A stretch of 56,282 bases of DNA, the filler included, from Asterionella formosa (taxonomy: Eukaryota), in assembly GCA_002256025.1 (NCBI GenBank). It is 5 parts of 5 records of this genome, joined end to end, with 100 filler letters (N's around TTAATTAATTAA, not from the genome) between each part and the next. Parts side by side here need not be neighbours in the genome. Positions count along the whole stretch, not along the records: positions 22,571 to 33,742 come from NKIB01008766.1; positions 33,843 to 45,013 come from NKIB01008774.1; 3 more parts are not named here. One strand, given 5' to 3'. Shown here piece by piece: positions 22,571 through 34,841 of this stretch. The position numbers and the translations under genes are program-made. The notes beneath the pieces were generated by a model. The model made no database searches. It was not told the origin of the DNA and was given only the letters and a program-made list of their open reading frames with translations. Position 1 is the stretch's first letter; each line of letters opens with the position of its first letter.

Positions 22571-22599
22571 ACTACTACTTACATACCGGTATATCTAGA

Positions 22600-23270
22600 A
22601 TGGATCTTTGGATGGAAGGAATTCGGTCATGGTACAATGAACAAGACTATTTAGCTGCAATGGAATGTTGGGATGATTGGATTCGAGAGGAATATGATTG
22701 GCACGATCAAGAGCATGTCGATGACAATGACAATAACAATGACAATGACAATCCACTCTTTCAACTGTCGGGAAGTAACAACCATGCTGTGGAATTGTTA
22801 GTGTTCATGGCAGGGTGTCATTTGGACTCTACGAATGCAAGCATGGCTCAAAGATACATACATCGAGCTATACACGCTTGTACAACAATAGAAGAAGCGA
22901 TTCCTGCCATTCAAGAATATATTTCAATGACTGCAACACTTTCGAATCACCAAAAGGCTCGTAATGTAATTCAATGGGCAATGACTGCTGGTAGTAGTAC
23001 TACTACTACTACTTCACAAGAACAACAAGAACCAGAGTATCCTTCCTCATCCTATTGGAATGATCCATATCAACGACCAGGATATATACATCCACAAATA
23101 AAGGCCATGCCATGGTATGAACGACAAGATCATCCAACATGGTGTAGTACTATTTTGGAACAACATTATTCCATCATTTTACAAGAATACTTGAAACTAC
23201 CAATCCATTATTTTCATAATGTCGGATCTGGGATGCATCGATCCAGTGGTGAAAATGATGCTTCTATTGT

Positions 23271-23306
<36 letters not shown>

Positions 23307-24009
23307 AGCTGCTGCTGGTGGTGGCGAATGGAATGAGGTAGTATTGTTTGGGACTGGAGCAACACCACATGTAGCACCTCAAACATGTGCACTCCTACAA
23401 ACGCATCTACCAGATGCTGTACAATTGGCAGAATGTGGGGGAGGGGAAATCATTTTTAGTGTCTTGCGACCCAAAACAAAATTACAATCTCATTGTGGGA
23501 CAACCAATCTACGTCTTACTGCACATTTAGGTCTTGTTGTCCCTCCAGAAGAAAATAATAATAAAAATGAAAATGAGTTTGGTACATGCAAAATTCGTGT
23601 CAAGGATACATGGCATACATGGAAAGAGGGAGAATGTATAGTCTTTGATGATTCCTTTGAACATGAAGTAATTAATGATACAACATCAAGTCGAGCAGTA
23701 TTGTTGGTAAGATTCTGGCACCCAGACGTCAAAGACAGAACCAAGGCAATGGCTGCAGCATTACAAGCCAAAGAAGATGATATACTAAGACGATACAATC
23801 CACCATTACCACCTAATTATGAGAAACGAACGTCTGTTCAACAACGGGGATTGGAACGAACCTCATGTCCACGATGCTTTCAAACTGGATATAGAAACAT
23901 TCGAGTGATGGATAACACTATTATTACCAATCGCAGTTTTACTCATGACAACAATGATGTCAATTGCAATGTCGCATTTCACTGTAGCTGTGGTGAGCCC
24001 ATTGATTGA
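22600..24009 (+). CDS. Aspartyl/asparaginyl beta-hydroxylase family 2OG dioxygenase
   Basis: FSVLRPKTKLQSHCGTTNLRLTAHLGLVVP, WKEGECIVFDDSFEHEV, RAVLLVRFWHPD. Degenerate TPR-like N-terminus. C-terminal CPRC...CSCG. Confidence 0.85.
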
Positions 24010-24186
24010 TTTGAAGAAGCTTATAACAATAGCAATAATTGCAATCATGACTACTAGTGTCATATACTAGTGTACCATATACTTGTACTTTATGATAAAG
24101 TCTCGTCATTCTATAGTGATATACTCAGTCCTAGTATTACTGAGATGGGCGCAGTGTGCCAATATTATTTTGTCATTCACCCATGA

Positions 24187-26325
24187 TTAGGACCACTTTT
24201 TTCGTAACTCTCGTTTGCGCTGTTTGTGCATATCGCGACGATTCTGTTTGTACACAAAGACAAGCAATGTATCCAAAACGACATGAACGATAGCTTCCAT
24301 TATGGGTACGAGAGCAACTATAATATGAAAAGCTCTCATTGGACCAACACTTTGGCAAAAGGTGATGCATTTCCCAACAATGTGAGCTGCATCTTTTAAT
24401 GTTGGATTGACAATCAATTGCAATACCACTCCTGGTAGGATCCATCGACTGAAAAAATCTTTGGGAACTAATAGTCCAGCAGCATCCAGTTCACCCGTAA
24501 AGAATGTAACAAACACATCCAGGAAACTGACTGCGCTCACCATTTCTGCTGTCAGGAGAGAAATCCATGGAACTGCCGCCACCAAATGCAGTTGCAAACG
24601 CGGAAATGAATCTAGTAAATGTTCTAGACTCGGCGTAAGCGCACGCTTGACCAATTCTTCAATAGGTACTTTCGATGAATGTGGCGTGAGCTGTGGGGCC
24701 AGTACAAGTTGAGCAATTTCAAAAAGTACACACGTAATAGTAATTCGTTTCCAATTCACGGCAAAGTCAGTGTTTGGTCGTAGCAATAGACGAGGAGGAG
24801 TAGACTTTGGTAGTACTCGTTTGGTGCCCTTTTCTGATTTGGCTACTTTATACCGATGCTGTAGGATGCGAACTGCTTGATCCATTGTCAGCCTTTTCTT
24901 CGTCGTCGTTGCCCCTTGACGAGCCGCAAGAATCACCACTTGCTCCCATGAATGTATTGCCTTTTTGGAACGCTGTCGTTGTAATTTTTTCTTCTGGTAG
25001 TCACTAAAATGGCCACGTAGTTTATTGCATGTTCCAATCAAGGGTGCCAGGAACTTGGCCCATCGAATGGCCTTGAATATTTGTTGAACTCGTCCAGATA
25101 CCTTCCATGGTTGACTCAGTAATATTTTGACCATGTGCACTACAAAGGCTTTGATTTGTCTTCTAATTTTGGTAACTGCTTTGGAATGAAAAATGGAAAA
25201 GATGGCTTCTGCGACGGACAGCAATGACTGCTGTGCATCATTTACACTTACTTTTTGTTGTTTTCCAATTGATAAGAACCATGGTTTATTTTGATTGCCA
25301 TGTGTCATTGGTCCAAAGTACTTGACAAATGGATTTTCATGCAAGACAGGGACAAACAACAATCGAACAATACATCCCACGATTGCCCATTTCAGAATTT
25401 CAGTCGTAGTTTGCTTCCAACGGATTCTATTCCGAGTCCATCGTGCCATCCAATGTCGATTGGTGGATGTTGTTTCCAATCGTTCACCCCTAGCCTTGGT
25501 ACGTCGTGTCACCCATTGCGCCGATCCTTCTTCCTTGAGCTGTTGTTGCTGTGTGCTTTTGAACGCCACATTCCACGACTGTACCATGGTTTGTAAGCAC
25601 ATGAAACAAATAAATGTCATGTGAACAATCATGGGTGGTACAATGTTCCGTAGTAGTATCCTATTGTCATCCTCTCGATCATTGTCATTGTTGGTACAAT
25701 AAGGGAGGTCTGAATCAAGGTCTAGCCAACCAAACATGGAATCCATAACCATCATTGTGTTTCTGTTTTGACACGAGGATAGTTTGTTGTTGTTATTATG
25801 TTGACAAAAGATATAAAGTTCCAAAATAGCCACAATGGCATACAGTCCTTGCCATAGCTTCCAAATGAGTCCAGTGGTTCTTCGTTTGTTTCTTTGAAAA
25901 GGATAATAGCAATCGACGTCCAAGTAAGTCATGGACTGCTGTTGCTCATTCTTCTTCTTGTTGTTGTTGTAGACGAGTAGTTGATTCTGTGACTTGTTTT
26001 GGTGATTAATGGCTTCAAAGAGTTGCTTCCGTGCTTGAATAGTAGTGGTTGCAGTAGTTGCAGTAGTAGCATCAGTTGTTGTTGTAGTCGATGATTGCCT
26101 CTTGTCCTGATTTTTCAGTGTCGTTTTATTGTCGTTGGTCCGATCCTTAAAGGGTAAAGTCGTCTTTACGACTGCTTTTTCATCATTGTTAGAAGCGGAT
26201 GCTGATGATGAATCGATTGGGTTTGTACTAGTAGGAATGCTGATGGATTTCTTCTTTATCATCATTATCAGTTCATTGTTTCGTTTTTTTGTGGTGAAAT
26301 AATGGTCCCGGGGGAAGAAAAGCAA
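24187..26325 (-). CDS. Uncharacterised multi-pass membrane protein; C-terminus resembles S1-S3 of cyclic-nucleotide-gated/KCNH-type channels
   Basis: 712-aa ORF with several hydrophobic segments, including LLRPNTDFAVNWK and FLDVFVTFFTGELD..GLLVP...WILP. Start codon uncertain; the MMIKKK Met is more likely than the TTG start in the track. Confidence 0.65.
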   Translation of the reverse strand: MLFFPRDHYFTTKKRNNELIMMIKKKSISIPTSTNPIDSSSASASNNDEKAVVKTTLPFKDRTNDNKTTLKNQDKRQSSTTTTTDATTATTATTTIQARKQLFEAINHQNKSQNQLLVYNNNKKKNEQQQSMTYLDVDCYYPFQRNKRRTTGLIWKLWQGLYAIVAILELYIFCQHNNNNKLSSCQNRNTMMVMDSMFGWLDLDSDLPYCTNNDNDREDDNRILLRNIVPPMIVHMTFICFMCLQTMVQSWNVAFKSTQQQQLKEEGSAQWVTRRTKARGERLETTSTNRHWMARWTRNRIRWKQTTTEILKWAIVGCIVRLLFVPVLHENPFVKYFGPMTHGNQNKPWFLSIGKQQKVSVNDAQQSLLSVAEAIFSIFHSKAVTKIRRQIKAFVVHMVKILLSQPWKVSGRVQQIFKAIRWAKFLAPLIGTCNKLRGHFSDYQKKKLQRQRSKKAIHSWEQVVILAARQGATTTKKRLTMDQAVRILQHRYKVAKSEKGTKRVLPKSTPPRLLLRPNTDFAVNWKRITITCVLFEIAQLVLAPQLTPHSSKVPIEELVKRALTPSLEHLLDSFPRLQLHLVAAVPWISLLTAEMVSAVSFLDVFVTFFTGELDAAGLLVPKDFFSRWILPGVVLQLIVNPTLKDAAHIVGKCITFCQSVGPMRAFHIIVALVPIMEAIVHVVLDTLLVFVYKQNRRDMHKQRKRELRKKWS

Positions 26326-27496
26326 TCATTGCAAAATTCGATATATATCCATCATACCGGTAACAGTTCCCAACGTCTCTTTATGATGGTCCGACTGTCG
26401 TCCGATCAAAGGACATGTCGCCTGGCGTGTGGTGTTCGCAACAATCCTCGCTCATTCCATACATAGTAAGTAGATTTCTTACGATACCTACTACTCCCTC
26501 ATAGCATGCCGGTACATGTACCGATATCAAAAGTGCAGTCCACCTTGTATACCGGTATACTCCTACCACTTTGTTTACGGTACCTGGTAGCAACTGCCGG
26601 AAGTATCTGTATTGTTGATTGTAGCACATACCGGTACTAAATAGAAAATGGTCGTCGCTTTTCATGGCTGGTAAAGAAACTGTTTGCCTATCGGTACTGG
26701 AATTTACAGCTGGAATCATATACCGGTATGGATATGATAAAAGACTGTCCCTACCAAATATATGTATACAGTACTGTAGAGAGATATTGTTTACATACTA
26801 CAATCTACATACAGAAAAACGTGAAAGCGACCAGTTTATCTTTATACATATACAAATATATATATACATAAATATTATATATAGAAAGTGCCGTGTGCGT
26901 TATAGTTCTTGTGCACGCTCGATCAGATCAGCATCACCAGCAGCATTGCGACAACGACGACAAGTGGGAAGGAATAAAACCAACAGGTGTGTATGTGTGT
27001 GCATCGTTGACAATGGCGGAGACCGAACAGGAGCTCCTGTCGATGTTGTTCAAGCAAAGCAAGGCAATAAATAGAACGCAAGACAAGTCAATGGAATGGA
27101 ATGGAATGGATAGGAATGAACTTGTTGACAAACGGAATCTTTTTTGGCCACAAGGAAATTGGCGAGATTTTGTTCGTAATCTTTAATCTCTCCTTGCATC
27201 GCACACGACGCATCCAATCGGATGAAGCAAGGCCCAGAGGTGGCAACAAATTCCATTTCTCGTTCTCAGTTCATGACTTGCCATCCAAACACGGCTTTGC
27301 AAGGCTGTTTGCGGTCGTTCCGGTACTGATCATGGAACTCGGAGACGGAGACGGAGCCATCGCTGAACGGATCTATCTGAAATTTTATTAGCTAACTCTA
27401 TGCTTCTCTGACGTCAGCAGGCCTTGGATCCGCAGTAGTAGTAGTTGCGACTATTACATTTTACATAGCTCTCTCTAGACTTAATTCCTTCATACC

Positions 27497-29175
27497 ATGT
27501 CAAAAGGACCCACCGCCCCCATCACGTCGCCCGTGGCATCTGCCTTTCCCCACATTCAATGGGATCCTCTAGGATCCCTGCGCTTGACGGCTCAAGAGAC
27601 TGCCTTGCTTCGCATGGCCGAAACGAACCCGATTGAATACACTTTGGCCGACTCTCGGGACGCCAGCATGTACGCTCGGGTGCTGCTCAAGCTATTGGCA
27701 GAGGCCAGTGCTGCCGGCGCTGGGACTGGAGAAGTGTCGCAGATTGTCGATACCTGCACGGACGAACAAGCCATGCAGGCACTAGATGTCGACCCCCTTG
27801 GCGTGGTCACGCACTACGCATTGACCAAATTGTCGGAGATTATTGCCAGCTTGTCGTCCGGGGTCTCCGGTGTCACTTTGGGGGCGGTCTTTTACGTTGG
27901 CAAGGACGGCGTCTTGGTCGACCAATGGAAGGCTCTTTTGCGCATCCTCAACAAGGGAGGAAAAGGCGATGTGTACACACAAAAGGGAGCGGCTCGCTGC
28001 TTGGCGCAGATTCTGGTCGTATCGTGCCCAACCATGCGCAGCACGTCCCCTGTCACTGGGAAGGATGGACAAGCCATCAAGTCCAGACCCATTAGTTATG
28101 CATCGGCATTGGAACCTATGGAGGCTTTGACGGCATGGATTGTCAGTCAGCTCAAGAATGCTACTGGAACCAGTGTAGGACTTTGTATTCCAGCTCTGAC
28201 TGTATTGATGAGCGCCCATGAAACTCGCATTCTTTTTTGTACTTCTGGAGGAGTCAAGTATTTGGCTCGTCAACTCAGAATCGGAACCAAGGGCGCTGCA
28301 AAGGCTTCGGTTGCGGATAACAAGAAGAATATGGGACAAGCTTCGGTGCAGCAGTTGTACGAGCTCAGTTTCTGCCTTTGGTCCTTGACCTACGAGTTGA
28401 ATGGAAACTATGCCGTCCGTTGTGACTTTGCCAAGGAAAGTTTGACTGTGGCCGCCTTGACTGACTTGGTCTCTATTGCTCCTCGTGAAAAGGTGGTTCG
28501 TATTGCTCTGGCATCGCTTCGAAATCTGGCCGTCTGTTCGGCAGATCAGAGCCCACCACCGGCTGGGTCCAATGACTTTGATGGTGTCCACTTTTTGTCA
28601 GAGATGATTGCGTGTGGATTGATGAAAGCGGTGGATCATTTGAGAGACCGCCAGTTTACTGATCCTGATATTATTGATGGTAAGTTGGTTTGGTTTTTGC
28701 TCGTCCATTGCATTTTGTTTTTATTGAACTCACTCACACTCATTTATCCGCTGTTGTGTGTTGTTTAGATGTTGCTGTTATTCACAAGCTGCTTGTCGAT
28801 AACTATAAGGATATGAGTCGTTGGGAGGTGTATAAGAACGAAGTGGAATCTGGTCGCCTTCAGTGGGGATCCACCCACACGGAAGCCTTTTTCAAGGAGA
28901 ATGCCAAAATGTTGGAAGGCTCCGATGGTGATTTCCACGTTCTCAAAGTCCTGATCGCCCTTCTTTCCAGTAAGGACGATGATATTGCTGCCATTGCTTG
29001 TTATGATATTGGTGAGTTTGTCCGTCATTACCCTAACGGCCGACAAATTGCCAAGCGTCTTGGTGCCAAAGAGCTTGTCATGCCCTTGATTGAACATGAA
29101 AATGTTGAACTCCAACGTCACGCTCTGCAATGTGTTTCTAAAATTATGGTGCAGAACTGGGAATATGTCAAGTAG
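27497..29175 (+). CDS. ATP6V1H: V-type proton ATPase subunit H; exons 27497-28679 and 28769-29175
   Basis: QQLYELSFCLWSLTY, REKVVRIALASLRNL, LQWGSTHTEAFFKENA, ACYDIGEFVRHYPNG. Intron GTAAGT...TTTAG (28680-28768) joins the two ORFs in frame. Confidence 0.93.
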
Positions 29176-29286
29176 AGAGAGAGAGAGGATGATCTATGTG
29201 TCTTTTCTGCACCGCATATGATTTCAATGAAGGAATGCAAACAAGAACGAAACAAGAAGAAAATATAAAAACGTAGCAACTAAAGT

Positions 29287-30630
29287 CTAGAGTGTGGACA
29301 GTTTCCCTCCTGTGTTTTGTCGACGAAGAAACTCTTCTGCCAATTGTTTTCGTTGAGCATCTTCATCTTGGTTGTTGTCATAGCAATTGACACCAGGTAG
29401 GAATCCATAATTCAACAACCATTCGATATCGGATTTCTTACCATACGACACATACACTTGGTTGTCTAGCACGCACTTTGGACCGATTGTCAACGTGAAG
29501 GCTTGAGTGATTGGATCATATTCAATCAAACTATCAGCATCATCCAAATGATTGGCACTGTCAATAAATGGCAACAAGACAGCCTCCTTTTGTTCTTGTT
29601 GTTTTTGATTCACCATTAGGAGTATGGACGATACCATGGCAATACCAAGGAGTGCCATAACTCCAAGTTCGTCATTTCCGTTCAAGAATGCATTCCCTCC
29701 TACCACTGCAGCTAAGAGTGTTGTTGTAGGAATTGCTATAGTGGCCCATTTCATCATTTGATTGGTAGTAGCAGTCATCCCAAATGATCCACAAAATGCA
29801 CGAGAATGAACCACTTCCATACACCATTGAAATTGATCCCATGTCATTTCCATAGTACCACATTCTTGTTGATGTTGTTGTTGATACTTTCTTTGCCATT
29901 CCAACTGCTGCTGCGATTGTAATTCTAAAATGAAATGATTTTGTAAGTATTCACGTTGAGAATTTGTCCAATGTCGTAATGCATTTGGTGCAACCACCGG
30001 ATACTGTGATTGTCCCGATAAAAAGGTGCAATACCCATTCATGGTGTTGTCGTCATCAAAGCTACATTTTCTCCATAATTGTTGTGCCAATTGAGAATCC
30101 CAATCATTGATAGTGGTAGTAGTAGTTGCTTTTGATTGTTTCATCGGTATAGATGTTTGCAATACCATGGACCTTGGTACTTTCAACACGACGGATACTT
30201 GGTTGTTTGTATTATAAGCAGCATCAGTCGTTACTGTCGGTTTCATTCTTAATCCACGCAAGGATCCAAAGTAAGCATGTTGGACCAATGCATCACAATT
30301 AGTACTAGTACTCCTACTTCTTCCTTTCTCTTGATATTGATGAAACCATTCTTCAAAGTCATGTTCCTTTGATGTGTCAGATGATGTCATCATCATCCTA
30401 GGAACAATCTTCTTATTATTACTATAATACCGGTAGTTACTTTTTGTATGGACATGATCAGGAACGATGTTTTGTCGAATCCTAGTTTTGCTTTTGCTAG
30501 CTTTCCTTGAATGCAAAACAGGGGGGGATACATTGACCCAACTCTCGACGAATACTCCTAAAGGGATCCAAGGAGCAGCGGCGATGGTAATAATTATGAA
30601 TCGAATCAATAGTACTACTATTACTTTCAT
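29287..30630 (-). CDS. SET-domain lysine methyltransferase (Rubisco LSMT-like), probably plastid-targeted
   Basis: RGL, FQWCMEVVHSRAF, LLPFIDSANH, QVYVSYGKKSDIEWLLNYGF. Signal peptide followed by VES|W. Two hydrophobic segments inserted in the SET domain. Confidence 0.85.
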   Translation of the reverse strand: MKVIVVLLIRFIIITIAAAPWIPLGVFVESWVNVSPPVLHSRKASKSKTRIRQNIVPDHVHTKSNYRYYSNNKKIVPRMMMTSSDTSKEHDFEEWFHQYQEKGRSRSTSTNCDALVQHAYFGSLRGLRMKPTVTTDAAYNTNNQVSVVLKVPRSMVLQTSIPMKQSKATTTTTINDWDSQLAQQLWRKCSFDDDNTMNGYCTFLSGQSQYPVVAPNALRHWTNSQREYLQNHFILELQSQQQLEWQRKYQQQHQQECGTMEMTWDQFQWCMEVVHSRAFCGSFGMTATTNQMMKWATIAIPTTTLLAAVVGGNAFLNGNDELGVMALLGIAMVSSILLMVNQKQQEQKEAVLLPFIDSANHLDDADSLIEYDPITQAFTLTIGPKCVLDNQVYVSYGKKSDIEWLLNYGFLPGVNCYDNNQDEDAQRKQLAEEFLRRQNTGGKLSTL

Positions 30631-31876
30631 TGTTTGTCATTCGTGTGTGATGAGAACAAGCTACCGACCGATAAAGTATTTCGATGTACCGGTTGCTACA
30701 TTTATGATGGCACGAAACAATAAAAACATAAAATGCATTCAGCCAACCACAAAAAACCCTCAACGGATTATCAGCCACAACTATGAACTACGGTACATCC
30801 TCCCTTGGTGGTGGTGATGCTGTCGTGATATAGTACTGGTAATCATTTTTACCTTGGAGGATCACTGATACGTGGACTATGTTATATACCGGTATGTACT
30901 TACCGGTCACCCCACCCTCTCCTAAATGCAAACCGGGTGTGTTTAAATTGGGACATGTGGCCCCACCTTGCAGTTTTCTATGATACTACCGGGATACGTA
31001 CGTATTATCTAGGACAACAATCAATGCAGCCATAATAGATAGGCGTGCGTCAGCACATTTGCTGAACAGGCAAAAGACAGACGACCCCGAGGTGGTATCT
31101 TTTTGCCAGTTGCTAGAAAGAGACTGTACCAGTACCCACCCGCAAGCAGAACCGTATAATATTTGAGTCCTCCGAGTCATTCTCAACGAGGGTTTCTGCT
31201 TGGAACACAAATACCGGTACCGGTACCTTGTGCGGTACCTGGTACCGTACCGGTACCGGTTTTGCCGCACCCGATAGACAGTCACACTTCGTCATAAGCA
31301 ACTTGGATACAACTTATTACCAAATTCTACGAGTAGTATGATATTTTACGTTCTTGTAAGAGGAGTACCTGGTGGTAACTCCTTAATAACGGTAAGCTAT
31401 ACCGTAGTGTGCATTTCTGCCACCCCACCACAGCATTAACGCAGCAGTTAAAAAATGATGGCTGAAACGGGACCAGAAAGGACCAAAATGGGATCAGGAA
31501 AATATTCGTGTATATAATTTGTCCATAGCACATGTTCACACTGCGATCGTTTAAAGTAATGTGTTTTTCGTTCCTTGATGTTTGCCGCTCATTATTTTGA
31601 ATTTAGCAGTCAGCGCCCTTCGCGTAATTTGTTGTTGTCCAGAGAAAAAAGAGAACACTCTGTGTTCGTTACTTTGATTCATTAAATCATTTTCATCAGA
31701 TCTGGTGAAGAATCTCTCTCCATCAGAAGTCACAAAAACTACTACTAAACAAACGTGTCGATGCTTGCAATTCGACAGCCAGAGTAGTAGGCGCCATTAC
31801 AGCAACACATTCAACAAAACGAGACAAGCAGGCGATACCGTCTTTCAAGGAATAAAGCAATTGGATCATCTTTATC

Positions 31877-32323
31877 ATGTACTCAGGACAATCCTCTACT
31901 TTAAATCAAGAGTTCTCTTCAAATGAGGAAGAATCTGAAAAAACGGAAATAAAAGTAGATGCTGCTGAGGGACCATCTGCAGAATCACAAAATGCGTCCG
32001 CAGAACCAAATACTGAGCATTTCGATGCTGAAGAATCAGGTTCGAACGCGACAGATTCAGCTGCTGCAGTACGACATGAGTCAACGGAATCAAATACTGA
32101 GCATCTTGCGGATGAAGAAGCAGGTAGGAATTTGGCCACGACTCTTCAATCACTTATTCTAAAGAACAAGGAGTTGAAAAGATACAACGCTCAGCTTCGA
32201 CTCGATCTATGCGCAGTGACTGCTGCTATTCAAGGAGAATCTAACACAGATGCTGGACAAACACAGTGTCCATCATCAACCACTGGCGATGATACTGATG
32301 ATGATAGTGATTCTCCACACTAG
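31877..32323 (+). CDS. Hypothetical acidic low-complexity protein (possibly a fragment)
   Basis: 148-aa ORF with an internal repeat (S/P)NTEH..EE.G.N and a short coiled coil. No family recognised. Confidence 0.3.
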   Translation: MYSGQSSTLNQEFSSNEEESEKTEIKVDAAEGPSAESQNASAEPNTEHFDAEESGSNATDSAAAVRHESTESNTEHLADEEAGRNLATTLQSLILKNKELKRYNAQLRLDLCAVTAAIQGESNTDAGQTQCPSSTTGDDTDDDSDSPH

Positions 32324-33742
32324 TAAAACTCGTCCTCCTCGCGAGTTGGAGAATGAAGCAAAACCATCTATATACCGCAAGTGATCATTATAAATGCAAG
32401 ACTTTAAAAAATTACCAACCAATAGAAAGATTAAGATTTAGCGGGCTTACGATGGAGATGCAAGGATTGATTGACATAAATATTGTTATTTTCGCTGGAT
32501 TAGTCTACTACTAGCGAAAAGAAGTAGCTAGTGATGATTGTATTGGCAACCAGACAGCATGTGTGGTAGAAGTTGCTCCAAATAGCAAATGGCAGTGTCA
32601 GGTAGACTTGTTAAGAAATGTGGCAAGCTATCCTAAACTTCGACATGAGGTGTGCAACTAGTACTAGCACCTGCTAAATAGTACATAGACTTACTACTGG
32701 AGTAAACTTTTCAAATAAGTAAGTCTTATAGGAGAATTGAAGAGTAATAACAAATGATAGCTGGGACAGCTGCTGCTTGCACAGAAGATATGAAATTGAC
32801 TTAAGCAATCAAGCTAGTATTACAGTTTTACTGTTGCATATATAACCACTGGATTTAGGAATGAAAACTTTCTCGCAAAATTTCTCCATGGATGGCTTCT
32901 TTGCAGGAAATTGATGCTCAATGATTAAGGAAGATAGATGAATGTCATCACTGCGACGGACTCAAAGGGAATAGCAAGCACATGTTACTTTGCAGGGATT
33001 TTTAGGCCATTTTACTGAAGGAATTAGACTAACAGCACTGAAGTCAAAACTTCATAGCATCCGGGTGGGATGTGAAGTGTCTCAAATATGGATCAAGAGT
33101 CTGAAGAGGAGAGTGGGGGAGGATTTTTACCAAAACTTCTAAAAAAAAACCAGGTGGTGAATGAAGGAATCAAAAAATTCCACTTTAGAAGGCTGCCATG
33201 CTAGCCACTACGAAGCCATTCTCTTTTAAAAACTATTGAAAAAGGCTTTACAATATGTATGTTTGTTCATCATGCATTAAGAGGCACAACAATAAAGTTT
33301 TTTAATTTTGATCATAGGGCATTGGGCTGCTCCATAATCATATAATATAATGTATGAAAGTATAACTTACCTCTCTATAGCTTACCTCTGTCTGTTCAAG
33401 TCAACCAACCAAGTTGCATCATGGATCCATGGAACAAAGCTGAAAGGAAATGGTATCTATCAAATAATCAACGGTTTTACTCTACACTAATCTATCTAAT
33501 CCTTAGTTGCCTGAGGAGGGTTCAGATATTTTGGAGTGATCCTTTATGATAACCCTTCTTGATTGGTTACACCTTGGCTGGAAGTGTTTATCACTTGCAT
33601 TGGTTTAACAATGAAACTTGAAAAAAGGTTTGGATAATGGATGGCTGTGTGATTTCAACCTTGCCTTGAAAAAGAAATGTAGATGAGCCCATGAGTTCAT
33701 GGGTCTCACATTCATAGTTGCTCGGTAACTCAAGAGCCTGTG

Positions 33743-33842
33743 NNNNNNNNNNNNNNNNNNNNNNNNNNNNNNNNNNNNNNNNNNNNTTAATTAATTAANN
33801 NNNNNNNNNNNNNNNNNNNNNNNNNNNNNNNNNNNNNNNNNN
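33743..33842. other. Artificial contig linker
   Basis: N44-TTAATTAATTAA-N44. Confidence 0.97.
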
Positions 33843-34841
33843 TTGCCTTGCCTTGCCTTGCCTTGACCACCAATGTTAAAATTGCTCAAAACTAAATTGG
33901 AATGAGTGCCCTTGAGGAACCATCATCTCATAGTTACAATTCTTGAACCAGAAGTGAACAAGCAATCCACAAGATCACAGTAAGGAACAAAGATAAGAGA
34001 AGGTTAGTGATGGCCATTGCAATGGCTGTTGTGATGACCAAAAAACAAGAATTTTTGAGCGATAAATATTAAAATTTTTGACCAGTCAAGATTCTCAAGG
34101 CCTGCTTATCCCAATCCAATTCTGGTTATCTGTCTAATTTTTGCACATGGAATGTATTTATGTCAATTCAATGCAGCTTTTGAAAATATTAGATGTTTCC
34201 AGGCCATCACCAAGACAAGAGATTTTTCACTTTTTAACAGGTTTTGAGGACATGTATTGATGATGATCTTCTCGATCCTTGGATGGCAAGACTGCGCTCT
34301 GCAGTAGTAGACAAAACGGTAGTAAATTATGGTAACAATCAGCATTACATATGCTGCCATCCTCAGTTGAGACTGTAGACATTGCTGGTGTTACAACTCC
34401 TTTGCAAGGAAGAAAAGCATTTATCCATGGGATTCTAGAGTACTGTTAATAGTTAAGAGGAATAGTGTATGATTATTGCTGTTCCATTTTTAATCCAAAC
34501 ACAGTACATTACCCTACCGGTATACTCCCTCACAAAATATACCGTATGTACACTGGTGAGACATGCATCATCGTGGTACCAGCTGCAATACAGGTGTATC
34601 GCTCCCGCTGCGAGTGATATGCTCTGTTTCCGGTAAAACTGAAATGCAACTTTATGGTCCAAAAACAAGTATAGAATTATTATAAATACAAATATTGAAT
34701 AATTATAAATAGAAATATTGCTGACGTTTGCTTTTGAACCATCAACTCGATGATGATCTGTGATTATCATACCGATACATCTTTTGGTTTTGGGCCTGCT
34801 TACCGGAATTGTATTCGCAGATGTAATGTGGTTGAAACGAA

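Noticed and set aside
27782..28591. 269-aa minus-strand ORF
   Set aside because: Antisense to V-ATPase H with no recognisable motifs.
33843..33865. (TTGCC)n at contig start; (AATGG)n near 27090
   Set aside because: Ordinary short microsatellites.
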